Assembly: GCA_052426225.1 (NCBI GenBank)
Contig: JBNJNM010000021.1
Location: 1,426,001-1,490,000 of the forward strand
Reading direction: 5' to 3'
DNA from: Zancudomyces culisetae HAW-14-8
Taxonomy: Eukaryota > Fungi > Kickxellomycota
DNA length: 64,000 nucleotides
Shown here in pieces: positions 12,169-25,730 of the stretch. Under the pieces are notes generated by a model. The model saw nothing but the letters and a program-made list of their open reading frames with translations, was not told the origin of the DNA and ran no database searches. The position numbers and the translations under genes were made by a program. The first letter of the stretch is position 1. Each line of letters begins with the position of its first letter.

Positions 12169-15100
12169 TTTTCTGTCTTTTTTTTAGTTAAGTTCTACTA
12201 TGTTTACAATTAGTCGTACAAATTACGAGTAAAAAATGAATTATTTTTCGAATTGAAGATTGAAAGCGTTCTTTGTGTTTTAATAAAATGTGATCAAAAG
12301 TATTTGATTGAATATACTCTTTGTTGTTGTAGTACAGTGATTTCCTCCTCCCTATATTGTTATGAGGTAATTTCTAGTCTTAAAGGATATTATTATTTGT
12401 TTGATTCTATGAATTATATTATACTGATCAGGAAATAGCAAACACAAAAGTCTAAATTTGCTATTTAAATGAAAAAAAAAGATATTGTCAAACTTGAAAG
12501 CTACGAACCCGATATATAAATAGCAATAACTAATCGTATTCACAACTTTCTAAACATTAAACTCATGTATGTAAAATAGCTAATTAAAATATTATTTAGT
12601 AGTGGTGAAAAATAGTTAAGCAAACCTTGCTTTATATTCAGAATAAGCAATATGAAAAAAACAGTGTTAAAGTTTGTATGGTGATATTCACAATGTTTAC
12701 AGTTAATTTTGTGCAACTTGTAGATTAGGAGAAAATAGAGAAAATTAGCACTGAAAACCAAATTCTTTCGTTTCATTCATTAGTTGTGTTTATGCTAAAG
12801 CTGATTATCCAATTTGTTAGAATTATTTATAAGTTGTTATACGTGAATTTACACGTTAAAAATATAAAAATAAACAAAGCAAATATAGAAAGCTATTCTA
12901 AATAAGGCTAATGTTTTACAAAAATAAAAAAATAAACAATAACACAAACAACCAATTCGTATCAACAAAAAAGTGAAAAGTGTGTATAGAACGAGCTTAT
13001 TGAATTAATTTACCAAGCACGTAGTTCACACTAAAGTAAATCTAGTAGATCAATTAAACCATTAGAAAATATTACAATGTTAATGGTAATGAGTTTTGAA
13101 TTAATCAAAAGTTTAAAAGATAAAAATTGTAGTTTTAAAAAGGTTAGTTTTTTTGACCATTTTTTCACCCTATTTGAAAAACGTCAAATACTTGGTGATC
13201 CTAACAATAATAGTGGTAATCAGAATACTTTTATGTTTGAATAGCTTGCTATTCCAAATCAATTTTAATTGACAAAAATATATACAATAAATAGTTGAGT
13301 GTTAAACGAGTAAGATGTAAAAATGATATAGGTTGGCTTGAGATTGTAGATATGTTGAGCTACACAATCAAACTGTTGAAAATGTTTTATTTTGTGTGAA
13401 AATATTTATTCCAGCCTATTTAAATAAGAATATTATAAAAAACATTGACTTATTAAAATACAAATAGAATAAATAAGCTACTCTAATGTGATTAATGATT
13501 TTTACAAGTGGATAGTCATAAAAAAGATTGGAGCTAATGCTGTTAGTACTCAATTGATAATGTACTAGTAAATTGTATTCGGTATTAATTTATACAAAGC
13601 AATAAGCTTTTGTGATATCAAAATCTAATCAAGAAAAATATAGTTGACAATTTAAAACTTATAGTAATTATAATCTCTAATCAATTAACAATAAGAATAT
13701 AATATATTTATAATAAAAGCGTATCGAACGAACCAATACGTGATCTCAAAGATCAAAGCAAATCTATTGTAATAAATAAATGGTTATGCAAAAATTATAA
13801 TTCTAAAGATAGATCACAATACAAAAGTTGGTATACACCCTTGTTAACAGGAAAGTTCGAATTACAGAAAATAAGTTAGTATTAATTTAAGCTAAAAACA
13901 ATCAACTATGATAAGAAAATAAAAATAATTAGTTGCGGAATAGCTGAAATTTGACAGGAAACCGTAAAAAGAATAAAATAAATAAAAATTGTTGAAATCA
14001 ATAGATATAAAGCTAAAATATTGAATTAAACAGATCGTAGACCAATAAAGTAGAATAATAACATGTGTTCTTATAATCATTATAATTAAAATATGTAATA
14101 AGTATAAATTTAAACAATTTCGATTTCAGTGATCAAAGTAATAATATTTAATTTTGTTATAAGTTGAGGAAGGAATTATTAATAAATATTTCTACTAGGG
14201 ATATAGCAATTGGTATAATAGAAAATATCCGTAAATCTCAGTTCTCGGATCATTTTTGTTCATTTGTGCCGAATTAATATCTAAAACTAATATTACTACT
14301 ACAAACAATTTTAAAACAAAAACATAAAATAGTCGAGGTACAAGTATTATAAATGCACACTTTGTAGTTAAAATAGTACTGTGGGGTATATTCGTAAGAA
14401 ATAATAAAGCTTCTATTTTCTCAGGTTGTCCTTTATATCTCCACTGATCGTTCTACTATTCACAAAAATAAATAATTCATTTTTAATATGTTAAGCTCAT
14501 TCGCATAAGTAGTTTTACAATCAAGTGGATAGCAATTGATAACTAACAATTAGAATATTGTTTATTGTAGTTGAACAAATAATCTGGTTTAAAATGGGAA
14601 ATATGATGGATAGATCGAAAAAGTGTAGTATAACACTACATCATTTTAGCTAGTGATTCAATTTATTACCTATCCAGATTTTAATCAATAATACGAAAAA
14701 AAGGTCAATAATAGTATGATCGAAGTATGCAAAGTTGAACATCACAATTAATTAAATATATTATGATCGGATATATGAAAAAAAATTTTTTTATCTTATT
14801 CAACAAGAAGGCATTAAATTACGTTTTAACAACAAAGAGATTATTTATATGAATATAATAATTATAAATAGAATTTACATTTTAAAATTTAAAATTTAAA
14901 ATTAAAAGTTGACACAATCAACAGATTACATAAAAAACAGTGTTCTGAGTGATTTATATAGCCGACGTAAATGTGGATGTCAGGCTCAGCATTCGCTAAA
15001 CTGAATATTTATAGATTTATAATAAGATACTTTAATTTCAATTGAAATTGTAGAATAACGGCTACATACTTTTATCTAGCGAATCAATAGCAGTTCCTTT

Positions 15101-15569
15101 GCAAAAGATAACTACCAATGAGAGCAAGCGGAATAAATAGTACAAACGATCTAAGATAGTAAAGTGAATAACAAAGCGAATAAAACGAGAGCGGACAACG
15201 AAAATAGCATCTTTAGCCTTTCTTAACAGATAATGCTTTACATATACGTTTGTATATACTTAATAATAGCAAATAGAACTAGAACTGATATAGTTTACCT
15301 AGTTTTATATTATTATTATAAAAATAATAAAAGTTATTAAAAACATTCCAATTACGGCAATCAAAACTAGTGAAGGGATCTGAGGCCCGAGTAAATATAA
15401 TAATCAGTGCAATACCAAACCAGCTATCACATTAGCTGAAAAATATATCAGATAAATTATAATATCTACAATATATTAAAAAATGAATTTATGGTTAATA
15501 ATGGTTTCGTTTTGCAATAGAGTAAATACTAAAAATTATACATAAATAAAATAAATAATTGTAAAAGCA

Positions 15570-15640
15570 TGCGTAGACCGGGAATCGAACCCGGGTCTGC
15601 CGCGTGGCAGGCGGCAATTATACCACTAAACCATCTACGC
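15570..15640 (-). tRNA. tRNA-Gly(GCC)
   Basis: Sequence: GCGTAGATGGTTTAGTGGTATAATTGCCGCCTGCCACGCGGCAGACCCGGGTTCGATTCCCGGTCTACGCA. Acceptor stem GCGTAGA/TCTACGC, anticodon stem GCCGC/GCGGC with loop CTGCCAC, T-loop GTTCGATTC. A TTTT run follows a few nt downstream. Confidence 0.97.
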
Positions 15641-15646
15641 TGTTGT

Positions 15647-16107
15647 TGTCGTATTAGTTTTTATAGTATATGTATGGGCACTTTTTCCCACTGGGTTTTT
15701 CCCCATACATTTGTTTAATTATTAGTATTAATATCATTTAATTTTATTAACGCATTTATATGTTTCAAAATAAATCAGTGTAATTTATCATGCGGATAAA
15801 TTACACCAAACCACGTGTGTTAACACGGGGTAACGATGCTGTTTTGAGTGAACTGTTAACATGATAAGAAATGTAGGGGTAGAAAAGATAAAAAACGCAT
15901 CAATTAATAAAACATGTTTGAACAACAGAAGAACATGTTAGTGATTTCAAAACAATGTTGACATACAGAAAAACTATATAAACCCCAACTTTTCTTCACT
16001 TTTTGAAAGAAGCATCGAACTATTATTTAAATATCTTATTACTTTATATATATAATAAAACTTAATAAATAAATATTCACTAGTATACAAATAATAAAAA
16101 TACTACA
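15647..16107 (+). mobile_element. Solo LTR, family A
   Basis: TGTCG...CTACA, nearly identical to the LTRs at 16680-17140 and 21672-22133. TSD TTGT on both sides. Lies 6 bp upstream of the tRNA 5' end. Confidence 0.93.
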
Positions 16108-16111
16108 TTGT

Positions 16112-16448
16112 TGTGGTGGAATTTACTTCTACCAACGTTTACTAAATTTGTTATGATAATTATTTAATATATTTGTTTTAAAACTAACTATACTGGTACG
16201 CTGCAAAAATTTGTTTATTAGCGTATCTTTATTTACTATTTTTGAGGACGCAGATTCAATTATTACTACTTAAACGTATTTAAATAAAAACTATTTTGAT
16301 GAATTGCCAAGAAATCTTGACTAAAAATAAATATAGATAAGAAATAAAATTGATAACTATTGAAAACTATTCCTTATCATATTCCCAAAAACCACAAGGG
16401 GAAAAAAATGGAATACGAAACTCGTAATTTCCAATAATTCATACGACA
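16112..16448 (-). mobile_element. Solo LTR, family B
   Basis: The minus strand begins TGTCGTAT, like the other LTRs here, and ends CCACA. TTGT flanks both sides. Confidence 0.75.
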
Positions 16449-16454
16449 TTGTTA

Positions 16455-16677
16455 TGTTGTATAATTACATGTTTAACGTCCTACTGAGTAATATAATTAC
16501 CCAGTATTATACAGGACGGGACTTTTATTATTATATAATAGTACTATAATTATTGTGAGAGAAAAAGACAATTTATTAATTAATTCAAAACTAGACTATT
16601 TAATGCATAAAATAATACTAATTAAATTAACCAATAAAATACAAGGAAATACAGGTATATAATTCCACTATATAACA
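16455..16677 (-). mobile_element. Solo LTR, family C
   Basis: Its reverse complement is closely similar to the PPT-preceded LTR at 27962-28183. TSD GTTA at 16451-16454 and 16678-16681. Confidence 0.88.
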
Positions 16678-16679
16678 GT

Positions 16680-19600
16680 TATCGTATTAGTTTTTATAGT
16701 ATATCTATGGGCACTTTTTCCCACTGGGTTTTTCCCCATACATTTGTTTAATTATTAGTATTAATATCATTTAATTTTATTAACGCATTTATATGTTTCA
16801 AAATAAATTAGTATAATTTATCATGCGGATAAATTACACCAAACCACGTGTGTTAACACGGGGTAACGATGCTGTTTTGAGTGAACTGTTAACATGATAA
16901 GAAATGTAGGGGTAGAAAAGATAAACAACGCATCAATTAATAAAACATGTTTGAACAACAGAAGAACATGTTAGTGATTTCAAAACAATGTTGACATACA
17001 GAAAAACTATATAAACCCTTACTTTTCTTCACTTTTTGAAAGGAGGCATCGAACTATTATTTAAATATCTTATTACTTTATATATATAATTAACTTAATA
17101 AATAAATATTCACTAGTATACAAATAATAAAAATACTACATTTTGGTGATCCAGCCAGGACCAGGCTGACATAAAGCAGAAAATGATTGGAAATTCTACC
17201 GCAGCAAAAAAGCTTATGGAGCCAGTACTATTCACAGGAGAAAGCAGAATTAACGTTGCCACATGGACCAGAAGATATGAACTGTATGGAAGAAGTGAAC
17301 AGTGGTCTGAAGAAGATCAAATTGACTATATGGAATTATTTTTGGATGGCAAGGCATTAAAATGGTATGAAAGGGAAAGACTTAGAGTAGGTACTTGGCC
17401 TGAGTTAAGGAATGAATTCATAAGGAAGTTTAGCAGCGTAGAATCAGACATAAGATTATGGAGAGAGCTTCAGCTATTAAGACAGAACAGTACTGAGGAG
17501 CTAGAAGATTTCTTGTTCAAGATAGAATTACTATTTGAGAAATCAAATACAACCAACAATGAAATAAAATTCAAATGCCTGATCAGTTCCTTAAGACCTG
17601 AATTTCAAGAAGAAATAATAAAATCAAGAGCAACTACTTACAATGAAGCAGTTAGGGTCGCAACTGAAAAGGAAAACATGGACAAACTATGCAAAATTAA
17701 TATTACTAATGACAATGAAAATGAAGAAAATGGTAAAGAAATGAAGAAAATGATGAATGAAATTAAAGAAATGAAAAAGTACATAATGAAAACAACCAAA
17801 GAACATTTAGACCAAACGGATTCGGTGAAGAAACCGAGCAGAATGAGACTTTCGGAACAAGAAAAAGCAGAGTTACAAAGGAAAAATGCATGCTTTTTCT
17901 GTAGGGAAGAGGGTCACTACAGTTCTAAGAGCCCAAAAGGACCTTGGAACTTAAGGAATAATGACGAAAGGCAAAGTATTAAACCACACACTTTGCAATT
18001 CATAGACAGGCAGATATCACCTTCAGCATCATCAGAGACCGGAGTTAAGATATCAGATGTTTATGTGTTGGATAAAATGTGGCAGGAATTAAACATAGTG
18101 GAAAAACGCAGATTATTAGAACAGGATCGCACCGAAAAACTAAAATCCATCAAACTGACAGATGACTTAAATGCAGAGACCATACCTAAAAGCAGTAATG
18201 TTGACCAACCACTGACAGAAGTAGTAGATAATAAGAATATACTACCAAAAAAACAAGCACCTAAACAATCAATGATGGAAATGAAATCCAACCAGCCAAA
18301 CCAAGATTATTCTATACAAAGAGAGTTGGATAACATGAAAGCAAACATATCAGTATCACAATTGATAAAAGCTGCACCTATAGTAAGAAATGAGCTTAGC
18401 AGAATATTCAAAAATGCTAGAACAAGTAGGGATATAAGCACAGTAAAAAACAAGGAAACATCAAATTGCAAAGCAGTAGTAACAGTAGGAACAATCAGCT
18501 GTAAAGCGGTAATTGACACTGGAGCCGCCTGCTGTGTAGTAACAAGACAAATGGCAAATAAACTTAAGTTGGAAGCGGACGTACAAGTTAACGAGGTGAT
18601 ACTCACTGCAGACGGACAGCATCATCATATATCAAAAATGATCGCCAATGTTCCTATTAAAATTATGGGCAAAAGGTTTAACGGCAATCTGCTATTGATG
18701 GAGGGAAAGGATGAATCGTTAGTGCTGGGAACCGATTGGCTCAAAAAGCATGGAGCTATAATAGATATGAATACGCTGGAGTTGTTATTACCATATAATC
18801 ATGAGCAACTGGTGGTACCGTTGGAAATGCATAAAGATGCATGCAAATCTAGTAATGAAATGCTTATTGGAATTGCAAAAGAAGTATGCAGAGTGGAAAA
18901 CAATAATCAAGAGGAAATTTTGGATCAGAGAATCAGAGAATTAGTATCAAAGAACAAGGACATCCTAGCAAAAGATCTGTCAGAGCTAACAAGCACTAAT
19001 GTCGTAGAACACGAAATTGTAACAGATGGCAACAAACCCGTAAAGTCAAGGCCATACCGAGTTCCGCATGCAATGAAAGAAATGGTCAGACAGGAGATCT
19101 ATCGCATGAAGGAAGCTGGAATAATCGAGCCTTGTCAGTCAGACTGGTGTTCTCCAGTCGTGACTGTATGGAAAAAAAACGGTGGAATAAGAATCTGTTC
19201 AGATTACAGACGCTTAAATTCAGTTACACGCAAAGATCACTATCCCCTTCCGGTAATAGAGGATATATTTGAGGCTCTGGCAGGTGCATCAGTTTATAGC
19301 GTACTAGATGCAATGTCAGGATTCTGGCAAGTTCGAATCAGTGAGAAGGACAAGTTAAAAACAGCGTTCTCTTTTCCAGGCGAAGGTCTTTATTGCTATA
19401 ACGTAATGCCGTTTGGCCTTTCTAATAGCCCCGCAACATTCCAAAGGCTAATGGAAAAAGTATTGGACTCAGTTTTATGGAAATCTGTTGTTGTTTTTAT
19501 TGACGATATAGTTGTTTTTTCAGAAAATTTAGATATACATTTAAAAGACCTCGATAATGTTTTTGAATTATTGAGAAAGGCAAGAATAAAGCTTAATTAT

Positions 19601-22133
19601 GCTAAATGCGTTTTCGCCCAGAAACGCATTGAGTATTTAGGCCACATCATAAGTGGTGAAGGGATAGAAACAAATCCAAAAAAAAACTGAGGCAGTAGCA
19701 AAACTCTCCTATCCTACTACAGTTAAGGAAGTACAAAGTTTTCTGGGTATGACAGGATATTACAGAAAGTTTGTCAAGAATTATGCATCAATTACTAGAT
19801 CTTTAACGCAACTATTGAGAAAAGATGTAACTTGGCATTGGAGTGAAGAATGTACACAAGCAGTAGACAAACTCAAGACACTACTGAAAGAAGCCCCTAT
19901 TCTGAGACACCCATCATGGGACAAGACCTTCACGATAACAACTGATGCCTCTGCAAATGGACTAGGCGCCATTCTTAGCCAAACAGAAAGCGGCAAAGAG
20001 CATCCAATAGCGTACGCAAGTAGGTCACTTACTAAACCAGAAAGAAACTACTCTGCAACACATCTAGAAGGGCTTGGAGTTATCTGGGCTGTTAATCACT
20101 TCAGGAATTACGTCTGGGGAAAAAGATTTAAAATAGTCACAGATCATTCAGCCTTGATTAATTTATTTCACTCAAAGCAAGCTACAGGGAGACTAGCTAG
20201 ATGGGCTCTCATTTTGAAAGAATATGATTTTGAAATAAGTCACAGAAAGGGCACGTTAAATCCTGCTGACTATCTGTCCAGGGCAACACCTAATGATAAA
20301 CAAGAATTCAAGCAGGAAGAGGTTGAAGAAGAATGCATAACATTATTCAGCATGGAAATTAACAAACATAATGCCCTAAAACAATACTTGAATGATCGCA
20401 CATATCCAAATTTAGCCGATGAAGAAGCAAAAAGAAAAATTCGTTTACACGCCACAAGGAACATTTTAAAAGACGGAGTACTATTTGCGCATAGCAAAAA
20501 GTTTGGGCTAAGAGAAGTATTATCTGAAGAAAATGCTTATCTGAAGATCAAGGATTTGCATAATCATGACCATACTGGTATCTCCAATACATGGGAGAAG
20601 GTCAAGTTAATGTTCACCGGTCCAAATACGTTTGAGATAGTAAAAAAAGTAGTTAACTTTTGCGAGGTATGCCAAAGATTTAAAGGAGGACCTAAGAGAA
20701 GAAACGAAATGGTTCCAATTACAGCCTCAGAGCCATTCGAAATTTTAGGTATAGATGCAATCGGTCCCATTTCCCCAGTTTCGAGGGATGGAAACCGTTA
20801 CATCATAACAGCCATGGATTACTATACTAAATGGCCAATTTCAAAGGCAGTAGAAAATATCCAAACTGAAACAATAGTCCACTTCTTAGTCTATGATGTT
20901 ATTATGAATCACGGTGTCCCTAGGAAGTTGATATCTGATAGAGGGTCCGGGTTCATAAGTGAAATTGCAGATGAGTTCTATAAGTTTGTAGGTATAGAAC
21001 ATCATCCTACTACGTCCTATCGCCCACAGTCCAACGGCCAAGTTGAAAGATTTAACCAAACGTTAAAAAATGTCCTATCTAAGTTGTGCTGGAAAGATAA
21101 AGAGAATTGGGACAGATATCTATGGAGAGCAATGTTGATTGCTCGCACAATGAAACACCGAATTTTAGGTGTATCCCCGTCCAAAATGCTTTACGGGAGC
21201 AATATAAGAACCCCAGTTACGTGGACTTCTGAAGTTACTAATGAAAATGAAAAAGAAGCATTTAAGGAAAGGCTTAAGTTTGTAGAAGTCAACCTCCCAG
21301 TATTAAGAGATCTAGCATCACAAAAGATAATCAAAAACAAGGAATATGAAGTCCAAAGATACAATAAGAAAGTAACAGTTTTCAAGTTCAAGTTACTAGA
21401 TAAAGTACTTAAGAAAGTGGAAATGCCCACTTCAAAGTTTTCAGCAATATGGGAAGGTCCATATACTATAGTTAGAGTACTAGACAAAGGTACTTACATT
21501 ATTAGAGATGAGGATAATAACCTGGATCAAGTGAATGGTGACAGACTAAAGAAATACAGAGAATCCGAAAATATGATTCCAGATGTGGCACCAAGTACAT
21601 TAAAGCCAGTATTAAGAGATATAAAGACCATCCTTATTCGAATCGGGACGATCGAAGTTTAGGAGGGGGTCTGTCGTATTAGTTTTTATAGTATATGTAT
21701 GGGCACTTTTTCCCACTGGGTTTTTCCCCATACATTTGTTTAATTATTAGTATTAATATCATTTAATTTTATTAACGCATTTATATGTTTCAAAATAAAT
21801 CAGTGTAATTTATCATGCGGATAAATTACACCAAACCACGTGTGTTAACACGGGGTAACGATGCTGTTTTGAGTGAACTGTTAACATGATAAGAAATGTA
21901 GGGGTAGAAAAGATAAACAACGCATCAATTAATAAAACATGTTTGAACAACAGAAGAACATGTTAGTGATTTCAAAACAATGTTGACATACAGAAAAGCT
22001 ATATAAACCCCAACTTTTCTTCACTTTTTGAAAGAAGAAATCGAACTATTATATAAATATCTTATTACTTTATATATATAATAAAACTTAATAAATAAAT
22101 AATCACTAGTATACAAATAATAAAAATACTACA
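16680..22133 (+). mobile_element. Full-length Ty3/Gypsy LTR retrotransposon, family A
   Basis: LTRs at 16680-17140 (starts TA instead of TG) and 21672-22133. PBS TGGTGATCCAGCCAGGA at 17144-17160. PPT AGGAGGGGG just before the 3' LTR. Followed by TTGT. Confidence 0.95.
17183..21662 (+). pseudogene. gag-pol of element A (Gag, protease, RT, RNase H, integrase), frameshifted
   Basis: Motifs DTGA, FIDD, TTDAS, TDH and integrase GIDAIG/SDRG/VER. The frame breaks at an A9 run (~19678-19686) inside RT. The zinc knuckle is degenerate (CFFCREEGHYSSKS). Confidence 0.85.
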
Positions 22134-22137
22134 TTGT

Positions 22138-22693
22138 TGTTATCAAAAGCTCAGATTCACAGCTTTTGTTTTATCAATTAGTTGGAAACTATTATAGTAA
22201 TTATACTATGTACTATTTTATTATAAGTTTTCACTATAATACTATAAGTTCCTGTGTAGAACCAACTTTATTAAATTGATATTTTTTCTTTCTAGGTCTT
22301 TTAAACAACCTATTTATACAAAATTCAAATACTAATAGAAATTAATTTATACTAATAAACTACTTTTTTTTTTACTTTCTTATCATGTCATAAAAAAACC
22401 ATAAAGATAAAAAAACTATACATGATTCCTACAAATAAATAAACATATGCAAACATTCATGATTTGCATAAACAAATACTACTTAAAATATACTAATAAA
22501 ATATGCACAGACTACTTCTGTGTTTACTAATAATAAATAAATATGTGTAAACTACAAACAAATATTAAACAAGTAAGTCAAACAATTAAGTATAATACTA
22601 TAAATAATAAATATTTACAAGAAAATATCATAAAATCATATAAATATTTATATAAATGATAAACATATAGGTATGTTTACTCATTATATAACA
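22138..22693 (-). mobile_element. Putative solo LTR (family H)
   Basis: Minus strand reads TGTTATATAA...GATAACA. TTGT flanks both sides (22134-22137 and 22694-22697). Confidence 0.65.
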
Positions 22694-22698
22694 TTGTT

Positions 22699-23100
22699 TG
22701 TTATATTTTTTATGTACTATCTGATCAGTACGTTTGAGTAGCCTGCTGTTTAATTCAGCTACTTCTGGTTCCGGTTGTGTAGCTAGTATCTTAACCGTGT
22801 ATGCTTGTTTATGTTTTAATTATTATATTTATACTTAGATACTTATACTATTAATCTTGATTTGTTATTTACGATAGTGTTATTAGGTAATAAGAATAAA
22901 ACTAATAGTTATTGATTATGTAAAAAAAGTTAGATTCAAAAAACTAATTTTAAATGTTGTTTTTTTTCTGCACCTTTGTGCCATTTTTTGATATTAAATA
23001 CTAAATAATTAAGAATAAAAATAAACTATTGATAGGTGTTCGATTGGATAAAAAAAACCTTTCGGAAAAAAATCCAACACGAACATTTCGCTATATGACA
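22699..23100 (-). mobile_element. Putative solo LTR (family G)
   Basis: The minus strand starts TGTCATATAGC, as the family E LTR does, and ends ATATAACA. TGTT flanks both sides. Confidence 0.68.
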
Positions 23101-23104
23101 TGTT

Positions 23105-23557
23105 TGTTAGCGAGTTGGTTCTTTAACCTCGCTTAATTAAAAACTGTTAATTACTTTGATAACTAAATATGTATTTAACTATATTTATTCAAGTTTAAAA
23201 TATATATAAGTTATAGACTTCTAGTAAATAGATCAAAACTTAATTTATTGATATCTTTCGACTTACTGAAAAACTTCAAGTATTTATAACTTAAAAACTA
23301 ACTAATACTTAATAAACTAATATAAAACTATATAATAATTTAAGCCTATTTTTTTGTTATTAATTCTAATCTAGAAAAAACCCGAAGATCAAAAAAACTA
23401 AACTAGAACCTTGTAATGTTAAATAAACTAATTATAAACCTTAGCAGATCATATATTTTGACCTACAATATTAATAATATAAATAATATAGATAAACAAA
23501 CCTAATTGGAGTGCCGATTATATCGTGGTTAGAGGTGATCTACGCCACTATATAACA
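23105..23557 (-). mobile_element. Putative solo LTR (family F)
   Basis: The minus strand starts TGTTATATAGTGG, as the family C solo LTR does, and ends GCTAACA. The flanks TGTT/GTTG are not a perfect TSD. Confidence 0.6.
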
Positions 23558-23561
23558 GTTG

Positions 23562-25374
23562 TGTTGAATTCGTTTTCATTTTTTAGTACTAGTCCAATAG
23601 GATTTTCCCAAAAAACTTCCACTAATATCAATCACGGTTCCCTAGAAGGGTGGTTATTACTGACACAGGATTTACCATTTCTTGCCAGTTAACCACTATC
23701 TATAAAACCCCATCGGAAAGAACACAACTGGACAATTTCCACAATTTTTGGTAAAATTAATTTTATTTAAAAGAATTCCTCCCAAAACCTGGAAAATATA
23801 GCCAAAATGGCCCTTTCCTTACACTAAAAAAATAGTATTACGCCTCACTATATATGTTTATTTTTACTTTTAGTGTGGTTTTGGTCGGATTTACAAATTT
23901 TTTCAATTTATACAATATTTTACTAATAAAATTGATTAAAAATAAATCCACTATTAAAGATAAAATCGATTCGACTAAAAAATAAATCGATTTGAACTAT
24001 TAAATTGGCTGTAAAATTGACAAAAATTTATGACATGGTCATAATTTTTGTACTCTAAATTGAATTGCGCAGGAAACAATTTTTTCAAAATTGATTTCTC
24101 GGCTATTTTGCTGCAATGAAAGCGGTAAATTTAAGCTGATGCTTTTGCATACAACAGTCTGTAATATAAATAGCTTTATTTATATATATTAATGTTATAG
24201 CAATATATACTATCTTCTATTACTTAGTATTATCTTATAACTAAATACTCTTTAAGCCTAGAAGCCTTATTAGTTATATTGTGTGTTAGAATCCAATATT
24301 ACTAATAATTAAACTGAATAACTCTGATAGTAAAACTATCACAAAAACCTACCAATCCTATTAAACATACTATGATTAAATTCTAAGTGGATTCAAATTG
24401 ACTGTTTACCATTTACGTAATTTTATACAATAAAAACTAAATATATTTTAAACCAAAATTAACTAGAAAATTTAACTAAACAACTAAATAAAAATAAACA
24501 TATTAGAAAATAAGGGAACTATATGACATGTCGCAAAAAGCCGAATTTCAATGTAAATTCGAATAGTGTACGAGAAATTTCGCTGTTCACTCATCGCGGA
24601 ATGCCAATTTTTTCTAAGTTTTAATGTCGTTTAAATTTTTTGTTTAAATTATTTCGACTCAGCATGAAATAAATTCTAAATGCTAAGTCCATTCAATAAT
24701 GATGATTCTAGTACGAAATATGTTTTATTACTGAACATCAAATAATTTTAATGATTATGTGTTCCCACACATAATCGTAATTGCACGTATGCTGCAATTA
24801 TGAAACAAAACTATTAGTATACTTTACAGAATATTAATAGTGTATAGTTATTTTATTTTATTAGAAAACTAGGTTAGCATTTAAGTTTTTAATCATATGT
24901 ATAATTGATAGAGTAGTTTATTAGGAAACTTTATCCATGTCCTAATTACGGATTAAATAGTATAGTTATTAAACTAAACAAAACAAACTTTAAAAGTATA
25001 TTCATATAATAAATAACCAAACATCATGAACTATTTCTTTTATACCAAGAGTAAATCCAAGAGGGATTCTGAAACTAGCTCCAGCCTGAGCACGGCTAGT
25101 AGCATGGACCAAGAGACTGGGGTTTTAAGTCCTCGGACTCTTGGGGAGTTGACAGAAAGTGTCCGTCAACTCCAAATCCGTAGGAGCCCAGAACCAATGT
25201 CCGTGAGCAGTATCTCACCGACATTGTATAGGGGAAACAGCTCACCCGAGCACCCTATTATGCACATCACACTACGGGGTAGTGGTGCATCTTCATCAAG
25301 TGGTCATACCCGAACTGGTATGACACATGATGAACTTAATAATCATGGTTACACGAATTATGATTATTACGACA
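23562..25374 (+). mobile_element. ~1.44-kb TG...CA unit (long LTR-like, family K), left arm of a diverged inverted pair; interrupted by a nested LTR
   Basis: TGTTG...TACGACA, with patchy colinear homology to the reverse complement of 25387-26830. Length is about 1440 bp once the nested LTR is removed. Flanks are GTTG/GTGG. Confidence 0.55.
24160..24528 (-). mobile_element. Putative solo LTR nested in the left K unit
   Basis: Minus strand reads TGTCATATAG...TATTACA. Flanks are AGTC/TGTC. It is absent from the homologous position (26141-26143) of the other arm. Confidence 0.62.
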
Positions 25375-25391
25375 GTGGTAAAGTAATGTGA
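25026..25391 (+). CDS. Small Ser-rich protein of unknown function (SPRTLGELTESVRQLQIRRSPE motif), copy 1
   Basis: 121-aa ORF in a GC-rich island. It is paralogous to the convergent minus-strand ORF, with many synonymous differences. Confidence 0.6.
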   Translation: MNYFFYTKSKSKRDSETSSSLSTASSMDQETGVLSPRTLGELTESVRQLQIRRSPEPMSVSSISPTLYRGNSSPEHPIMHITLRGSGASSSSGHTRTGMTHDELNNHGYTNYDYYDSGKVM

Positions 25392-25730
25392 AGTATCACT
25401 ACTTCCATTAGCGCTACCATCACGTGTTATACCGGTTCTGGTACGATCGCTGATGGTTGATGTACTTCTATTGCGTAATGCAATGTGCATCGAGGGGTGC
25501 TCGGATGAGCTAATACCCCTGTACAATGTCGGTGAAATTGTACTCACCGACATTTCTTCCGGGCTCCTACGGATCTGGAGTTGACGGACACTTTCTGTCA
25601 ATTCACCAAGGGTGCGGGGACTTAATACCCCTGCATCCTGATCCATGCTGCTGCCCCTGCTCATGCTGGTAGAAGTGTGTGACTCCCTCCTGGAGTCACA
25701 TTCGGTTCCAATCCAACTGTTTAAAAACAT
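25296..25730 (-). CDS. Small Ser-rich protein of unknown function, copy 2 (convergent paralogue; start uncertain)
   Basis: SSMDQDAGVLSPRTLGELTESVRQLQIRRSPEEMSVSTISPTLYRG matches copy 1. I chose the ATG at 25730 by analogy with copy 1; the track start is 25826. Confidence 0.55.
   Translation of the reverse strand: MFLNSWIGTECDSRRESHTSTSMSRGSSMDQDAGVLSPRTLGELTESVRQLQIRRSPEEMSVSTISPTLYRGISSSEHPSMHIALRNRSTSTISDRTRTGITRDGSANGSSDTSHYFTTVVIIIIRVTMIIKFIMCHTSSGMTT

Noticed and set aside
13193-13201. PBS-like TGGTGATCC (also on the minus strand near 6983-6991)
   Set aside because: Only a 9-nt match with no adjacent LTR end. Probably chance.
14950-15250. Slightly GC-richer patch with a short hydrophobic minus-strand reading (MLFSLSALVLFALLFTLLS*)
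   Set aside because: It has several stops and no recognisable protein or ncRNA motif, so I cannot support a call.
19678-19690. Programmed frameshift in element A
   Set aside because: It falls inside RT at an A9 homopolymer, so a slippage mutation or sequencing error is more likely.
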